Notes under the pieces: generated by a model | Seen by the model: only the letters and a program-made list of their open reading frames with translations | What the model was told of the DNA's origin: nothing | Databases searched by the model: none | Made by a program: the position numbers and the translations under genes | Shown: piece by piece, positions 1 to 10,448 of the stretch | How positions within the stretch are numbered: position 1 is the first letter of the stretch | How the letters are laid out: each line of letters opens with the position of its first letter | Assembly: GCA_041811915.1 (NCBI GenBank) | Contig: JBGXSA010000021.1 | Coordinates: forward strand, 2,656 to 66,655 | Source of the DNA: Moraxella sp. | Lineage (GTDB): Bacteria > Pseudomonadota > Gammaproteobacteria > Pseudomonadales > Moraxellaceae | Length of the DNA stretch: 64,000 nucleotides | Reading direction: 5' to 3'

Positions 1-9
1 GAGGCAGTT

Positions 10-540
10 ATGCAACAGATTGTGCTGGGCGGTGGTTGTTTTTGGTGCACCGAAAGTGTATTTTTAGCAGTCAAAGGTGTTTGTGCGGTCACATCAGGCT
101 ATATGGGCGGACAGGCTGCCTGCGCCAATTATGAAGCGGTTTGCACAGGCACAACAGGGCATATTGAAGTTGTGCAAGTGATGTTTGATGACACCATCAT
201 TTCGCTTGATACGATTTTGGCAATCTTTTTTGCCATTCATGACCCCACAAGCTTGGACAGACAAGGCAATGATATTGGCAGTCAATACCGTTCGGCGATT
301 TTTTATTATGACGACAACCAAAAACAAATCATTGACGCCGCCATTCAAGCAGCAAGCCAACAGTATGAGCGCCCAATCGTCACGCAAGTTGCACCTGTGG
401 CGCCGTTTTTTGCAGCTGAGGACTATCATCAAAACTTTTTTGCCAAAAACCCAACCCAAGGCTACTGCAATTTTGCCATACCGCCCAAGCTTGCCAAACT
501 GCACCAATATTTTGCAGCGTACAGCAACATCAAACCTTAA
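10..540 (+). CDS. msrA: peptide methionine sulfoxide reductase A
   Basis: GGGCFWC active-site motif; GHIEVVQV, QGNDIGSQYRSAIF and AEDYHQ motifs. Confidence 0.95.
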   Translation: MQQIVLGGGCFWCTESVFLAVKGVCAVTSGYMGGQAACANYEAVCTGTTGHIEVVQVMFDDTIISLDTILAIFFAIHDPTSLDRQGNDIGSQYRSAIFYYDDNQKQIIDAAIQAASQQYERPIVTQVAPVAPFFAAEDYHQNFFAKNPTQGYCNFAIPPKLAKLHQYFAAYSNIKP

Positions 541-591
541 GCACACCAATCTTAAGCAACCAACCGTTTAGCACCATTATGGCCACTCATC

Positions 592-2049
592 ATGACCACG
601 CCCACCATTTTTGCGCTTGATTCTCTGTCTTTGTCTCAGTTATCATGGGGCAGCTTGACTGCCATCATTGCCAAGCATTATCCTGATTGGCAGTGTTTTT
701 ATTTGTTTAACAACAATCAGCCTGTTATTGGCATTTGCCCGCGCGCAAGCTTTTTGTTGCAAACAAACCCATCACCAACAAGCCATGATAACACGCCCAA
801 TCAGCTGTTTTGCTTGCACACCACACACCCCGACGGCACGCAATCGCGTGATTATGTCAGCTTTCAAGAATATAAGCGACGTGTCATTGACTACCATCAG
901 CAATGCCAACAAACATACATCTTTGACAACCCCGCCTTAAGCGACGGCGACACACACCACTATCATCATGGGCTCATGGGTTATATTGGCTATGACGTCA
1001 GCGCACAGGCGCTAAACCCAGCCATTCATGTGCGTGGCGATATGCCTTGTGCGTATTTTGCCCATTATGATTGTTATATCAGTATGAAAGATGACAAACT
1101 GGTACTGGTTGGTTTTGATGACGATAAGCTAAAAGACATCAGCGCACAATTATCACACATACAAGACACCGAACTTACGCCTTTTGCATTGCCATTGACC
1201 GCCCGATGGTCAAAACAAGATTATGCGCAGGCATTTGACAAAGTACAAGCCTATCTACAAGCAGGGGACGCTTATCAAATCAATCTCACCCAAGCATGGT
1301 GCGCAACCAGCCAGCAGTATTTATATCATTATTTGCCAATCATTCAACAAACCCAAGCGCCTTATTTGGGTTATTTATTGGTTCGCGATTGTGAAATCGT
1401 CAGCGCCTCACCTGAACTGTTTTTCCAATTTGACGCATCAAAATCGCGCAGCATTACCACGCGCCCCATCAAAGGCACACGCAAACGCCACGACAACCCC
1501 ACCATAGACAATGCCCTAAAAGCCGAGCTTGAAAGCAGCGAAAAAGACATTGCCGAAAATGTGATGATTGTGGATTTGTTGCGCAATGATTTGGGCAAAT
1601 ACGCCAAAGTCGGTCAAGTGCGCGTGCCAGAGCGCTTTGCTGTGCACAGCTACAGCAATGTTCATCACATGATAAGCACCATCAGCGCTGAGCTCAAAGA
1701 CGATGTGTCCGTTTTGACTGTTTTGTTTGACAGTCTGCCTGCTGGCTCCATCACAGGCAGCCCAAAAAAGCGCGCCTGCGAGATTATTAATGAGCTTGAG
1801 TGCGCGCCAAGAGGTGCGTACTGCGGCTCAATGGGCTTTGTCAATTTTGATGACACAGGCGCCTTTAATGTACTCATTCGCACCCTACAAAGCTACCCCA
1901 ACCGCACAAACCGCACCGTTGAGCTTTGGGCAGGTGGTGGCGTGACGGTACTGTCAAATTGCGCCGATGAATACCAAGAAAGCGTGGATAAAATCACCCA
2001 CCTAAAAAGTATGTTTTTGGACAAGACTTGTCAGCGCATGGTAAAATAG
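592..2049 (+). CDS. pabB: aminodeoxychorismate synthase component I (chorismate-binding MST family)
   Basis: YQINL, SPELFF, TRPIKGT, ENVMIVDLLRNDLG, PAGSITGSPK and GGGVT motifs. Confidence 0.85.
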   Translation: MTTPTIFALDSLSLSQLSWGSLTAIIAKHYPDWQCFYLFNNNQPVIGICPRASFLLQTNPSPTSHDNTPNQLFCLHTTHPDGTQSRDYVSFQEYKRRVIDYHQQCQQTYIFDNPALSDGDTHHYHHGLMGYIGYDVSAQALNPAIHVRGDMPCAYFAHYDCYISMKDDKLVLVGFDDDKLKDISAQLSHIQDTELTPFALPLTARWSKQDYAQAFDKVQAYLQAGDAYQINLTQAWCATSQQYLYHYLPIIQQTQAPYLGYLLVRDCEIVSASPELFFQFDASKSRSITTRPIKGTRKRHDNPTIDNALKAELESSEKDIAENVMIVDLLRNDLGKYAKVGQVRVPERFAVHSYSNVHHMISTISAELKDDVSVLTVLFDSLPAGSITGSPKKRACEIINELECAPRGAYCGSMGFVNFDDTGAFNVLIRTLQSYPNRTNRTVELWAGGGVTVLSNCADEYQESVDKITHLKSMFLDKTCQRMVK

Positions 2050-2118
2050 CGCGCATTGCACCAAAGCATTGTGCCAATAAGCGCATGGCGGTGCATTTTT
2101 AACAAATTAGGAAAATTT

Positions 2119-3015
2119 ATGACCATGATTCACCCTCAATTTGACCCCGTCGCCCTTCGTCTTGGCAGCATTGAAATGCATTGGTATGGACTTATGTACC
2201 TGCTCGCCTTTGCAGCGGCGTACGGCTTGGCAGTATATCGCGCCAAAAAACGCACCGATTTTAACACCGACATGGTGTCGGATTTGGTCTTTTTTGGGGC
2301 GATGGGCGTCATTTTGGGTGGGCGCATTGGCTATATGATTTTGTACAATTTTAATGAATTGATTGCCAATCCAATGAGTCTATTCAAAGTCTGGGAGGGC
2401 GGTATGTCCTTTCATGGTGGCTTTTTGGGGGTGGTGATTGCCATGCTGTGGTTTGCCAAAAAATACAACAAAAACCCCTTTACCGTGCTTGATTTTATCG
2501 CGCCTTGCGTGCCGACAGGCTTATTGTTTGGGCGTATTGGCAATTTTATCAACGGTGAGCTGTGGGGACGTGTATCGGACAGCGGCAGCCAATATCTCAT
2601 GCTGTTTCCGCAAGCTGCGCGCGCTGATTATGACTTAATCGCCGCCAACCCAAACCTAGCGGCCATCAGCCAGACGGTCAATAATTTTGCATTATTGCCG
2701 CGCCACCCCTCTCAGCTTTATCAAGCATTTAGCGAAGGGGTGCTTTTATTTTTATTGCTGTGGTGGTTTAGTATGCGCCCACGCCCACGTTATGCTGTGT
2801 CAGCGCTGTTTTTGATTGGTTATGGGACAAGCCGTTTTATTACCGAATTTTTCCGCGAGCCTGATGTGGGTTATGCGCTGATTTTTGGTTGGATGAGCAA
2901 AGGTCAATTGTTTAGCTTGCCAATGATTGTCGTTGGTGTTATTTTATTTGTCTTGGCGTACAAAAAACCAGTCTATGATTGGCAGACTCAATCAAGTACC
3001 ATCGCTCGTTCTTGA
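2119..3015 (+). CDS. lgt: prolipoprotein diacylglyceryl transferase
   Basis: HWYGLMY, GGRIGY, WEGGMSFHGG, GRIGNFINGELWGR and RHPSQLY motifs; start moved to the ATG at 2119 after a GGAAA RBS-like site. Confidence 0.95.
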   Translation: MTMIHPQFDPVALRLGSIEMHWYGLMYLLAFAAAYGLAVYRAKKRTDFNTDMVSDLVFFGAMGVILGGRIGYMILYNFNELIANPMSLFKVWEGGMSFHGGFLGVVIAMLWFAKKYNKNPFTVLDFIAPCVPTGLLFGRIGNFINGELWGRVSDSGSQYLMLFPQAARADYDLIAANPNLAAISQTVNNFALLPRHPSQLYQAFSEGVLLFLLLWWFSMRPRPRYAVSALFLIGYGTSRFITEFFREPDVGYALIFGWMSKGQLFSLPMIVVGVILFVLAYKKPVYDWQTQSSTIARS

Positions 3016-3065
3016 TGTGCAACTTTTTAAACCGCCTTGTGCGGTTTTTTTATTAAGGGGTAATC

Positions 3066-5753
3066 ATGCTCAATGTTTTAATCGCGCAATTTTATGCACA
3101 ACACCCAGCGCCTACTCACTGCGACACCGCATCTTTTAATGATTGGCTTGATGCGCTCAATGCGTTCATTGACCATCGCATTTGCACAAACGATTTTAAC
3201 AACTTCACCATGGCAGATTATTTGGCGCTGCGCACCGCGGTGGTGGATGAGATATTGACGCGCTTGTTTGACAGCTATCAATTTGAACACACAAGCTTGT
3301 TTGCTGTTGGTGGTTATGGGCGCTGTCAATTACTGCCCGCCTCTGATGTGGATATTTTGCTTGTGCTACAGGGCGATGATAAAAAAGAACGCATTGAACA
3401 GTTCATCACTCATTTGTGGCAATTAAACTTTACGCCTGCCGTCTCTGTACAAGCTTGGCACGACATGGTAGAACGCGCGCGCGAGCACACGCTTGCCACC
3501 GCTTGGCTTGAAAGTCGCTTATTGACAGGCTCTCATGACAGCAGCCTACCCTATCAAACCGTCAAGCAAGCGTGGCAGCTGGCGACATTTTATGATGCCA
3601 AGCTTGACGAGGCCAAAACGCGCTATCTTGGGCACAAAAGCACCGAATACAACCTTGAGCCCAATATCAAAACCGCGCCAGGCGGGCTTAGAGACATTCA
3701 AATCATCGGTTGGCTGGGTGCGTTTTTGTTCAACATCAATCATACCTCATTTCACAACGCCCCTGCGCAATTTGATGTGCTTGTCGCTTACAAATTTTTG
3801 ATTGATTCAGAAAATAAAGCGCTCACCGCTGCCAATGAATTTTTGTGGCAAGTGCGCCATCATTTGCACACGTTGACACAAAAAGCAGAAGAGCGCTTGT
3901 TGTTTTCTCATCAAAACAGCGTTGCTGCGCGTATGGGCTATGTCAGCGATACTCAAAATGGCGCAGCCGAAGCACTGATGAAAGACTATTATCATCACGC
4001 CATGACGGTGGCAAGTTTGTCTGATATGCTGTGTCAATTATTTTTTCAAAACTACATCGCCAAAGAGCTGAGCTTTGATGCCATTGATGAGCAATTTGGC
4101 ACCATCATCATGCACGACAGGCAATATCTGTGCATCACCAATCCATTTGTATTTGAAGAATACCCAAGCGCCATTTTAAAATTATTTTTACTCATGGGAC
4201 GGCTAAACATCAAGCACATCTCGCCGCAGACTTTGCGTCATTTGCGCCTTGCCAGCGCCATGATGGACGACAATTATCGCAACAACACCAAACATCAGCG
4301 CTTATTCATTCAAAATCTCAAAGAGCCCAATCTGTTGTTTCATCGCTTGCGCCTGATGAAGCGCTTTGGAGTGCTTGGCGCTTATATTCCAGCCTTTGGG
4401 CAGATTTTGGGCATGATGCAGTTTGATTTATTTCATCGCTACACGGTGGATGCGCATACGCTGCTTTTGATTCGCATTTTACACCGATTGGCGCGTGATG
4501 ATTATTTTGGGCAGGTGGCGCAAGTTTATCGCGCGCTGGACAATCATTATATCCTAGTCATTGCCGCGATTTTTCACGACATTGCCAAAGGGCAAGGCGG
4601 CGATCACAGCGAGCTTGGGGCGCAGCTTGCCGATGAATTTTGTCATCAGCACAATCTGCCAGCAGACGACCGCCGCTTGATTGTTTTTTTGATCAAAGAG
4701 CATCTCACCATGAGTCTCACTGCGCAAAAACAAGACATTTACGACGCAGAAGTCATCATGCAATTTGCACAAACTGTCGGCTCAATTGAATATTTGGATT
4801 TTTTGTATGTTTTGACAGTGACCGATATGAACGCCACCAACGATGCGCTTTGGAATAATTGGCGCGCAAGTTTAATCAACCAACTGTATTTTGCCACACA
4901 CCGCTTATTGCTGCAAGGCGACAAATTGGACGATGAAACTTTGGCGCGTCAGCACAAACACGACGCCAAGCTCAAACTGTCCATGATGGCAGTGGATATG
5001 AATGCGGTTCAAGATTTTTGGAGTCATTTGAGTACGGTTTATTTTTTAAAGCACACCGTCGCTGACCTTGTTTGGCATGCGCACACCATTGTTGGCGCGC
5101 CACACATCAGTGCGCCGAGCCGCGCGCGCACACCGATTGCCGCGATTGAAAGCGACCCTCATCATCTGAATTTGTTTAAAGTTATGATTTACACCAAAGA
5201 TACGCCGCAATTATTTTCAAAAATTGTAGGTGCGCTTGATATGCTTGGGCTTAATGTCATGGGCGCCAATATTTTTACCACGCAAACTGGTTATGCCCTC
5301 AATACTTTGACCGTTTTGGACATTGACAATCATTGGGAAGAGCGCCTTATTGATGACAGCGATGTGATTGCCTACCAAAAGCATCAAGAGCATCTGCGCC
5401 ATGCGCTGCTTGACATGATGAATCATTTGGATGCCTTTCATTACACGCCAAAAAAACGCCATGTTCGCCATCTGTCGTATTTTAATGTGGCAACCGAGAT
5501 TGAGTTTAAGGACGAACGACTGACCCATCTGTACATCACCACCAAAGACCGTCCAAGCCTACTGGCAAAAATCGGACTTATTTTTGATGAACTCAACATC
5601 AGTGTGCATGGCGCCAAAATCACAACGCTTGGCGAGCGCGCCGAAGATGTGTTTTATCTAAACCACAACGGCCGTTTATTGGACACACAAACCAAGCAAG
5701 CACTCAAAGACAAGCTGCTAATCGCTCTTGATGACGCCAATCATCTTTGTTAG
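3066..5753 (+). CDS. glnD: [protein-PII] uridylyltransferase / uridylyl-removing enzyme
   Basis: AVGGYGR..SDVD nucleotidyltransferase motif, EPNIKTAPGGLRD, HRYTVDAH..HDIAKG HD domain, C-terminal ACT-like segment (TLGERAEDVF). Confidence 0.95.
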   Translation: MLNVLIAQFYAQHPAPTHCDTASFNDWLDALNAFIDHRICTNDFNNFTMADYLALRTAVVDEILTRLFDSYQFEHTSLFAVGGYGRCQLLPASDVDILLVLQGDDKKERIEQFITHLWQLNFTPAVSVQAWHDMVERAREHTLATAWLESRLLTGSHDSSLPYQTVKQAWQLATFYDAKLDEAKTRYLGHKSTEYNLEPNIKTAPGGLRDIQIIGWLGAFLFNINHTSFHNAPAQFDVLVAYKFLIDSENKALTAANEFLWQVRHHLHTLTQKAEERLLFSHQNSVAARMGYVSDTQNGAAEALMKDYYHHAMTVASLSDMLCQLFFQNYIAKELSFDAIDEQFGTIIMHDRQYLCITNPFVFEEYPSAILKLFLLMGRLNIKHISPQTLRHLRLASAMMDDNYRNNTKHQRLFIQNLKEPNLLFHRLRLMKRFGVLGAYIPAFGQILGMMQFDLFHRYTVDAHTLLLIRILHRLARDDYFGQVAQVYRALDNHYILVIAAIFHDIAKGQGGDHSELGAQLADEFCHQHNLPADDRRLIVFLIKEHLTMSLTAQKQDIYDAEVIMQFAQTVGSIEYLDFLYVLTVTDMNATNDALWNNWRASLINQLYFATHRLLLQGDKLDDETLARQHKHDAKLKLSMMAVDMNAVQDFWSHLSTVYFLKHTVADLVWHAHTIVGAPHISAPSRARTPIAAIESDPHHLNLFKVMIYTKDTPQLFSKIVGALDMLGLNVMGANIFTTQTGYALNTLTVLDIDNHWEERLIDDSDVIAYQKHQEHLRHALLDMMNHLDAFHYTPKKRHVRHLSYFNVATEIEFKDERLTHLYITTKDRPSLLAKIGLIFDELNISVHGAKITTLGERAEDVFYLNHNGRLLDTQTKQALKDKLLIALDDANHLC

Positions 5754-5909
5754 TATATGGTTTTGTTGGTATGTGGTTTTGTGGATTCAATGATGCTGCT
5801 GCCGCAAGTTGCGTCATGGCGCGCTGCTTATCATCATAAATGTTATTGACTTTATCAATTTTTGCGATAAGATAAATCAACAATAAAATATTTTTAAAGG
5901 ACACCCATC

Positions 5910-6677
5910 ATGCGCTTAGTCACTTACTCAATGGCAGCACTCACAGCAATTATGGCGCATTGCGCCCATGCCAAACCCGATCAGCTGTCATGCCATCACA
6001 TTCAATTGCCCGACAACCTATCGCATGATGGTTGTCAGTTTGCCGATGGCAGATTGGTTGTGCAAGATGACGATACAGGCAAATACGGTTATGTGGACAA
6101 AACAGGCAAGCTTGTCATTGATACCAAGTTTGACGCAGCTTATTCATTCAGTGAAGGCGTCGGCATTGTCAAAGTCGGCGACAAATATGGCTACATTGAC
6201 ACACAAGGACGGTACATTGCAGAGCCAAACTTAGAGGACGTATTTGTCATCAAAGAAGGTGTTGGGGTTTTTGTGCAAAACGGCAAATATGGCGTCATGG
6301 ACAGCAGTGGTCGTGTCATCATCAAGCCTGTTTATACCGAAACCAACTATCGCTTTCAAGAGGGCTTACTTATTGCCGCCACAAATGCCGACAAATGGGG
6401 CGCGATTGACAAAAACGGTAAAACCGTCATTGATTTTAAATACGACTATCTGGACAGTCCCAGCGAAGGGCTATTGGTTGCCAACAAATATGGTCCAGAC
6501 GGCTATAAATACGGCTATCTTGATACATCAGGCAAGGTCGTCATTGATTTTAAGTTTGATCAAGCAAGCAGCTTTTCAAACGGCATTGCGTATGTTTATG
6601 ATGCAGATTCCGACAGTTATTATATTGATAAATCTGGCAAAAAAGTTGAGAGCAAAACCAATTACGGCATTCTATAA
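5910..6677 (+). CDS. secreted WG-repeat (WG_beta_rep / KWG-like) protein
   Basis: Signal peptide ending AHA; about 5 repeats of KYGY(I/V)D..G..VI...(F/Y)D....FSEG. Confidence 0.85.
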   Translation: MRLVTYSMAALTAIMAHCAHAKPDQLSCHHIQLPDNLSHDGCQFADGRLVVQDDDTGKYGYVDKTGKLVIDTKFDAAYSFSEGVGIVKVGDKYGYIDTQGRYIAEPNLEDVFVIKEGVGVFVQNGKYGVMDSSGRVIIKPVYTETNYRFQEGLLIAATNADKWGAIDKNGKTVIDFKYDYLDSPSEGLLVANKYGPDGYKYGYLDTSGKVVIDFKFDQASSFSNGIAYVYDADSDSYYIDKSGKKVESKTNYGIL

Positions 6678-6722
6678 TAAACCCATCATTACAAAGTTAA
6701 ATACACCTCAAGGGCAATTGAG

Positions 6723-6757
6723 ATTGGACTTTATCATCAATTTGTATAAAGTCCAAT
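6723..6757 (+). terminator. probable intrinsic terminator hairpin after the WG-repeat gene
   Basis: Perfect 12-bp arms ATTGGACTTTAT / ATAAAGTCCAAT followed by ATTTT. Confidence 0.5.
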
Positions 6758-6829
6758 ATTTACGCCAATGATTAGATGCAGCATGGCTTAAGCATTTTTA
6801 ATATAAGACATAATAAACAAAATTCATGC

Positions 6830-7144
6830 TGACACCCCATTCAAAGCCTGTTACTATATAGCTTTGAATGGGTTTTTTATGAAAAACAAAAAGTATGTCC
6901 CTATTGTGGTTCTATTAACACCAAGAAAAACAGTAAAAAAGGACACAAACAACAGTATCTATGCAAGAGCTGTTTAAAGCAATTTATCTTTAAAGCTCGT
7001 ATTCATCCTAATGAGCTTTGGCAAGAATACACCCAAGGCAAACAAACTTATGAACAACTTGCTGTGTACCGGTACAGTTAAATAGGATGGGGCAAAAGGA
7101 GTTTTTAACATCATAAACAAGTAGTCCTTAACTTGTGGGTGTCA
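6830..7144 (+). mobile_element. internally deleted IS remnant with Zn-ribbon transposase N-terminus
   Basis: Frame 6893-7081 reads VCPYCGSINTKKNSKKGHKQQYLCKSCLKQF...ELWQEYTQGKQTYEQLA (CxxC...CxxC plus start of an HTH); the ATG at 6879 is out of frame; terminal inverted TGACACCC at 6830 and 7137-7144; 12-bp subterminal hairpin 6836-6872. Confidence 0.7.
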
Positions 7145-7504
7145 CAGAACAGCATAACAATTTGGATTTTGTAACAAACTGTTATGACATTGAAAGGTTT
7201 GATAAATATATCGCCATTTTTATAAAAATGCAAACATAATTAGCAAATTTTTTATAAATATTTTCTATAGATACTATTATTTATTGGCATAAATATTAAT
7301 TTATAAATATTTATCATGTATAATATGAATAATATTAGTTAAATACTGCAAACCGTTAGCCATCGTCATGCTGTAGTTTTACAGGCTTTGCTGTAATATT
7401 TTTGAGGATTGTGTTCTTTTTATTGTCATTAAAAAAAGGTTTGATTATTTTTACTTTTTTTGTCATTATACCTAGCAAAATTTGGCTCATTATCCAGGAC
7501 AGTC

Positions 7505-7990
7505 ATGAGATTGACCAGTTATAGCGATTATGCCTTACGCTCATTGATCTATTTGGCGGTAAAACCCACCCCCAATGAGATCGTTAACATCGCTGACATC
7601 GCTGACAGTTATCGCATTTCAAAAAACCATCTCACCAAAGTCATCCATCAGCTGGGCAAGCTTGGATATATAGACACCGTACGCGGCAAAAATGGCGGGA
7701 TTCGTCTGGCGATGCATCCTAAGCAGATTAATATCGGCCACTTAATTCGGCACACAGAAAGCGACTTTGCGCTGGTGCAGTGTTTTGAAGAAATCAAAGA
7801 TAAAAACATCGCCTTAATACCGACGGTCAATTTTAGCACCACCAGCACCAGCTACTGTGCCATCGCTCCAGCTTGCATCCTAAAGTCTGCCATCGCTGAG
7901 GCCACCGAAGCTTTTATGGCGGTGCTAGATCGCTATACACTGGATGATTTTATCAAAAATAAAGACGAGCTGCTTGTGCTGCTTAACTGA
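7505..7990 (+). CDS. nsrR: Rrf2-family NO-sensing repressor
   Basis: MRLTSYSDYALRSLIYL, SKNHLTKVIHQL, RGKNGGIRL, three Cys ligands (C..CAIAPAC); lies directly upstream of norB. Confidence 0.9.
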   Translation: MRLTSYSDYALRSLIYLAVKPTPNEIVNIADIADSYRISKNHLTKVIHQLGKLGYIDTVRGKNGGIRLAMHPKQINIGHLIRHTESDFALVQCFEEIKDKNIALIPTVNFSTTSTSYCAIAPACILKSAIAEATEAFMAVLDRYTLDDFIKNKDELLVLLN

Positions 7991-8059
7991 GCGATTTTTA
8001 AGATTTTTAAACACGCTTACTTGATTTTTTCTACCAATGCTCGTAAAATTACGCTTTTA

Positions 8060-8082
8060 AAGATGTATTTTATATATATCTT
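8060..8082 (+). promoter_or_regulatory. NsrR operator upstream of norB
   Basis: AAGATGTATTT-T-ATATATATCTT, an 11-1-11 imperfect inverted repeat matching the AAGATGCATTT-N-AAATGCATCTT NsrR consensus, 70 bp before the norB ATG. Confidence 0.8.
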
Positions 8083-8151
8083 TTAATTTTTCCAAGTTGA
8101 TCCACACTTTTTTCTGATCATTTTTCCCTATCAAGCCACAAGGAGCAAGAG

Positions 8152-10389
8152 ATGGGTAATTATAAAAAACATTGGTATTGGCTGATCGGCACCCTGCTCA
8201 TCGCCTTTACCCTATTGGGCTGGGGTGGTGTCGAAGTCTATCGCCAAGCACCGCCAATTCCTACGCAGTTTGTCAGCAGTCAGGGCGATGTCATCATGAC
8301 CGAAAAAGACATTTTGGATGGTCAATCGGCATGGCAGACCACAGGCGGTATGCAGCTGGGCTCTGTGCTTGGTCACGGCGCATATCAAGCACCTGACTGG
8401 ACAGCCGACTGGCTGCATCGCGAGCTTGTCGCTTATCAAAATATCCAAGCCAAAGCACTGTACAATAAGGCATTCAATGAACTGAGTGTCGCTGAACAAG
8501 CAGGCATCAATGAGCAGATGAAGCAAGAATATCGCAGCAGCGCCGCTAATGGCACTGAGACGGTTGTGCTGTCTGATACGCGCATCCAAGCGATCAAAGC
8601 GGTTGCGCCGTATTACATCGATCTGTATGGTGATACGCCTGAGCTTGTCGGTACGCGCGAAAGTTTCGCGATGAAAAACAACACCTTACCTGATGTCACT
8701 GCGCGTGAACGCTTGGCGGATTTTTTCTTTTGGACCAGTTGGATCGCATCAGCTGAACGCCCTGGCACGGATGCGACTTTTACCAATAACTGGCCGCATG
8801 AGCCATTGATTGACAATGTGCCGACCGCTGAGAATATCATTTGGTCGATCGCATCGGTGGTATTTTTGATCGCAGGTGTGGGCTTTATGATTTGGATTTG
8901 GGCGTTTAAAAAACCCGAAGAAGACGTCATTCACACGCCAAGTGCCGATCCCTTGACCAAACTTGCACTAACCCCATCACAAAAAGCACTGGGCAAATAT
9001 GGCTTTTTGGTCGCGGCATTATTCGTCGCCCAAGTCTTCGTCGCTGGCGTCGTCGCACACTACACGGTCGAAGGTCAAGCCTTCTACGGCATTCAGCTGT
9101 CTGATTATCTGCCTTATTCGCTGCTGCGCACATGGCACATTCAGCTTGCGTTGTTTTGGATTGCAACAGCATTTTTGGCAGCAGGTCTATTTTTGACACC
9201 GATTATTAATGGCGGTAAAGATCCTAAGTTCCAAAAACTTGGCGTGGATATTCTGTGGGTAGCACTCATCATCGTCTGTGTCGGCTCGTTTGCGTCGCAG
9301 TACTTCGCTATCGCGCACATTTTGCCTGCTGATCTGAATTTCTGGTTCGGTCATCAGGGTTATGAATATGTCGATTTGGGTCGTTTTTGGCAAATCCTAA
9401 AATGGGTCGGTGTGCTGATTTGGCTTGTACTGATGATGCGCGGCTGGGTCAATGGCTTTAAACAACACGGCGACAAAAACCTGCTTGCCATCTTCGTCGC
9501 ATCGGTGCTGTGCGTGGGTCTGTTCTATGGCTCAGGACTGTTCTACGGTGAGCGCACTAACATCGCCATCATGGAATACTGGCGCTGGTGGGTGGTGCAT
9601 CTGTGGGTAGAAGGCTTTTTTGAAGTCTTTGCCACTGCATCATTTGCCTTTATCTTTTATAATTTGGGCTTGGTCAGCTATCGCACTGCTACAGGTTCTG
9701 CCATCGCATCAGCGGCACTGTTCTTAGTCGGCGGCATTCCAGGTACTTTCCACCACTTGTACTTTACAGGTACGACCACGCCGATTATGGCGATGGGTGC
9801 GTCATTCTCAGCTTTAGAAGTTGTGCCATTGGTGGTGCTTGGCTATGAAGGCTATGAGCATTATTCTAAGCAGCATCAAGCGCCTTGGATGCAAAAACTG
9901 AAATGGCCAATCCTATTCTTCACCGCTGTGGCATTTTGGAATATGCTTGGTGCGGGTGTGTTCGGCTTTATGATCAACCCGCCGATCTCACTGTTCTATC
10001 TACAAGGCTTGAACACCACCGCAGTGCACGCACACGCTGCCTTGTTCGGGGTGTATGGATTCTTGGCGCTAGGCTTTGTGCTGCTGATCGTGCGCTATCT
10101 GCGCCCTGAGCATCGCTTTAATGATAAGCTGATGAAGCTTGGTTTTTGGGCACTAAACATTGGTCTGGTACTGATGATCGCCACCAGTCTGTTGCCAATC
10201 GGCATCTTCCAAGCGCACGCCGCCATCACCGAAGGCTTGTGGTATGCGCGTAGCGAAGGCTTTATGCAGCAAGGGTTTCTTGAGACCTTGCGTTGGGTGC
10301 GCACCTTTGGTGATGTGGTATTCATCATCGGTGCGGTGGCAGTAGCTTGGCAGATTGTCAAATTAGTCTTTGCCAAAAAACCATCCTAA
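8152..10389 (+). CDS. norB: quinol-dependent nitric oxide reductase (qNOR)
   Basis: 745 aa; GHGAYQAPDWTADWLHRE, WWVVHLWVEGFFEVF, GTFHHLY and HAHAALFG heme/Fe ligand motifs. Confidence 0.97.
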   Translation: MGNYKKHWYWLIGTLLIAFTLLGWGGVEVYRQAPPIPTQFVSSQGDVIMTEKDILDGQSAWQTTGGMQLGSVLGHGAYQAPDWTADWLHRELVAYQNIQAKALYNKAFNELSVAEQAGINEQMKQEYRSSAANGTETVVLSDTRIQAIKAVAPYYIDLYGDTPELVGTRESFAMKNNTLPDVTARERLADFFFWTSWIASAERPGTDATFTNNWPHEPLIDNVPTAENIIWSIASVVFLIAGVGFMIWIWAFKKPEEDVIHTPSADPLTKLALTPSQKALGKYGFLVAALFVAQVFVAGVVAHYTVEGQAFYGIQLSDYLPYSLLRTWHIQLALFWIATAFLAAGLFLTPIINGGKDPKFQKLGVDILWVALIIVCVGSFASQYFAIAHILPADLNFWFGHQGYEYVDLGRFWQILKWVGVLIWLVLMMRGWVNGFKQHGDKNLLAIFVASVLCVGLFYGSGLFYGERTNIAIMEYWRWWVVHLWVEGFFEVFATASFAFIFYNLGLVSYRTATGSAIASAALFLVGGIPGTFHHLYFTGTTTPIMAMGASFSALEVVPLVVLGYEGYEHYSKQHQAPWMQKLKWPILFFTAVAFWNMLGAGVFGFMINPPISLFYLQGLNTTAVHAHAALFGVYGFLALGFVLLIVRYLRPEHRFNDKLMKLGFWALNIGLVLMIATSLLPIGIFQAHAAITEGLWYARSEGFMQQGFLETLRWVRTFGDVVFIIGAVAVAWQIVKLVFAKKPS

Positions 10390-10448
10390 CCATCCTCTTG
10401 TTTAGCACATAAAAACAAAACACCGCTTTATGAACCGACCCCCAATTT

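Noticed and set aside
7199-7215. TTGATAAATATATC as an FNR box upstream of nsrR
   Set aside because: Only the left half matches TTGAT-N4-ATCAA; too weak in AT-rich DNA.
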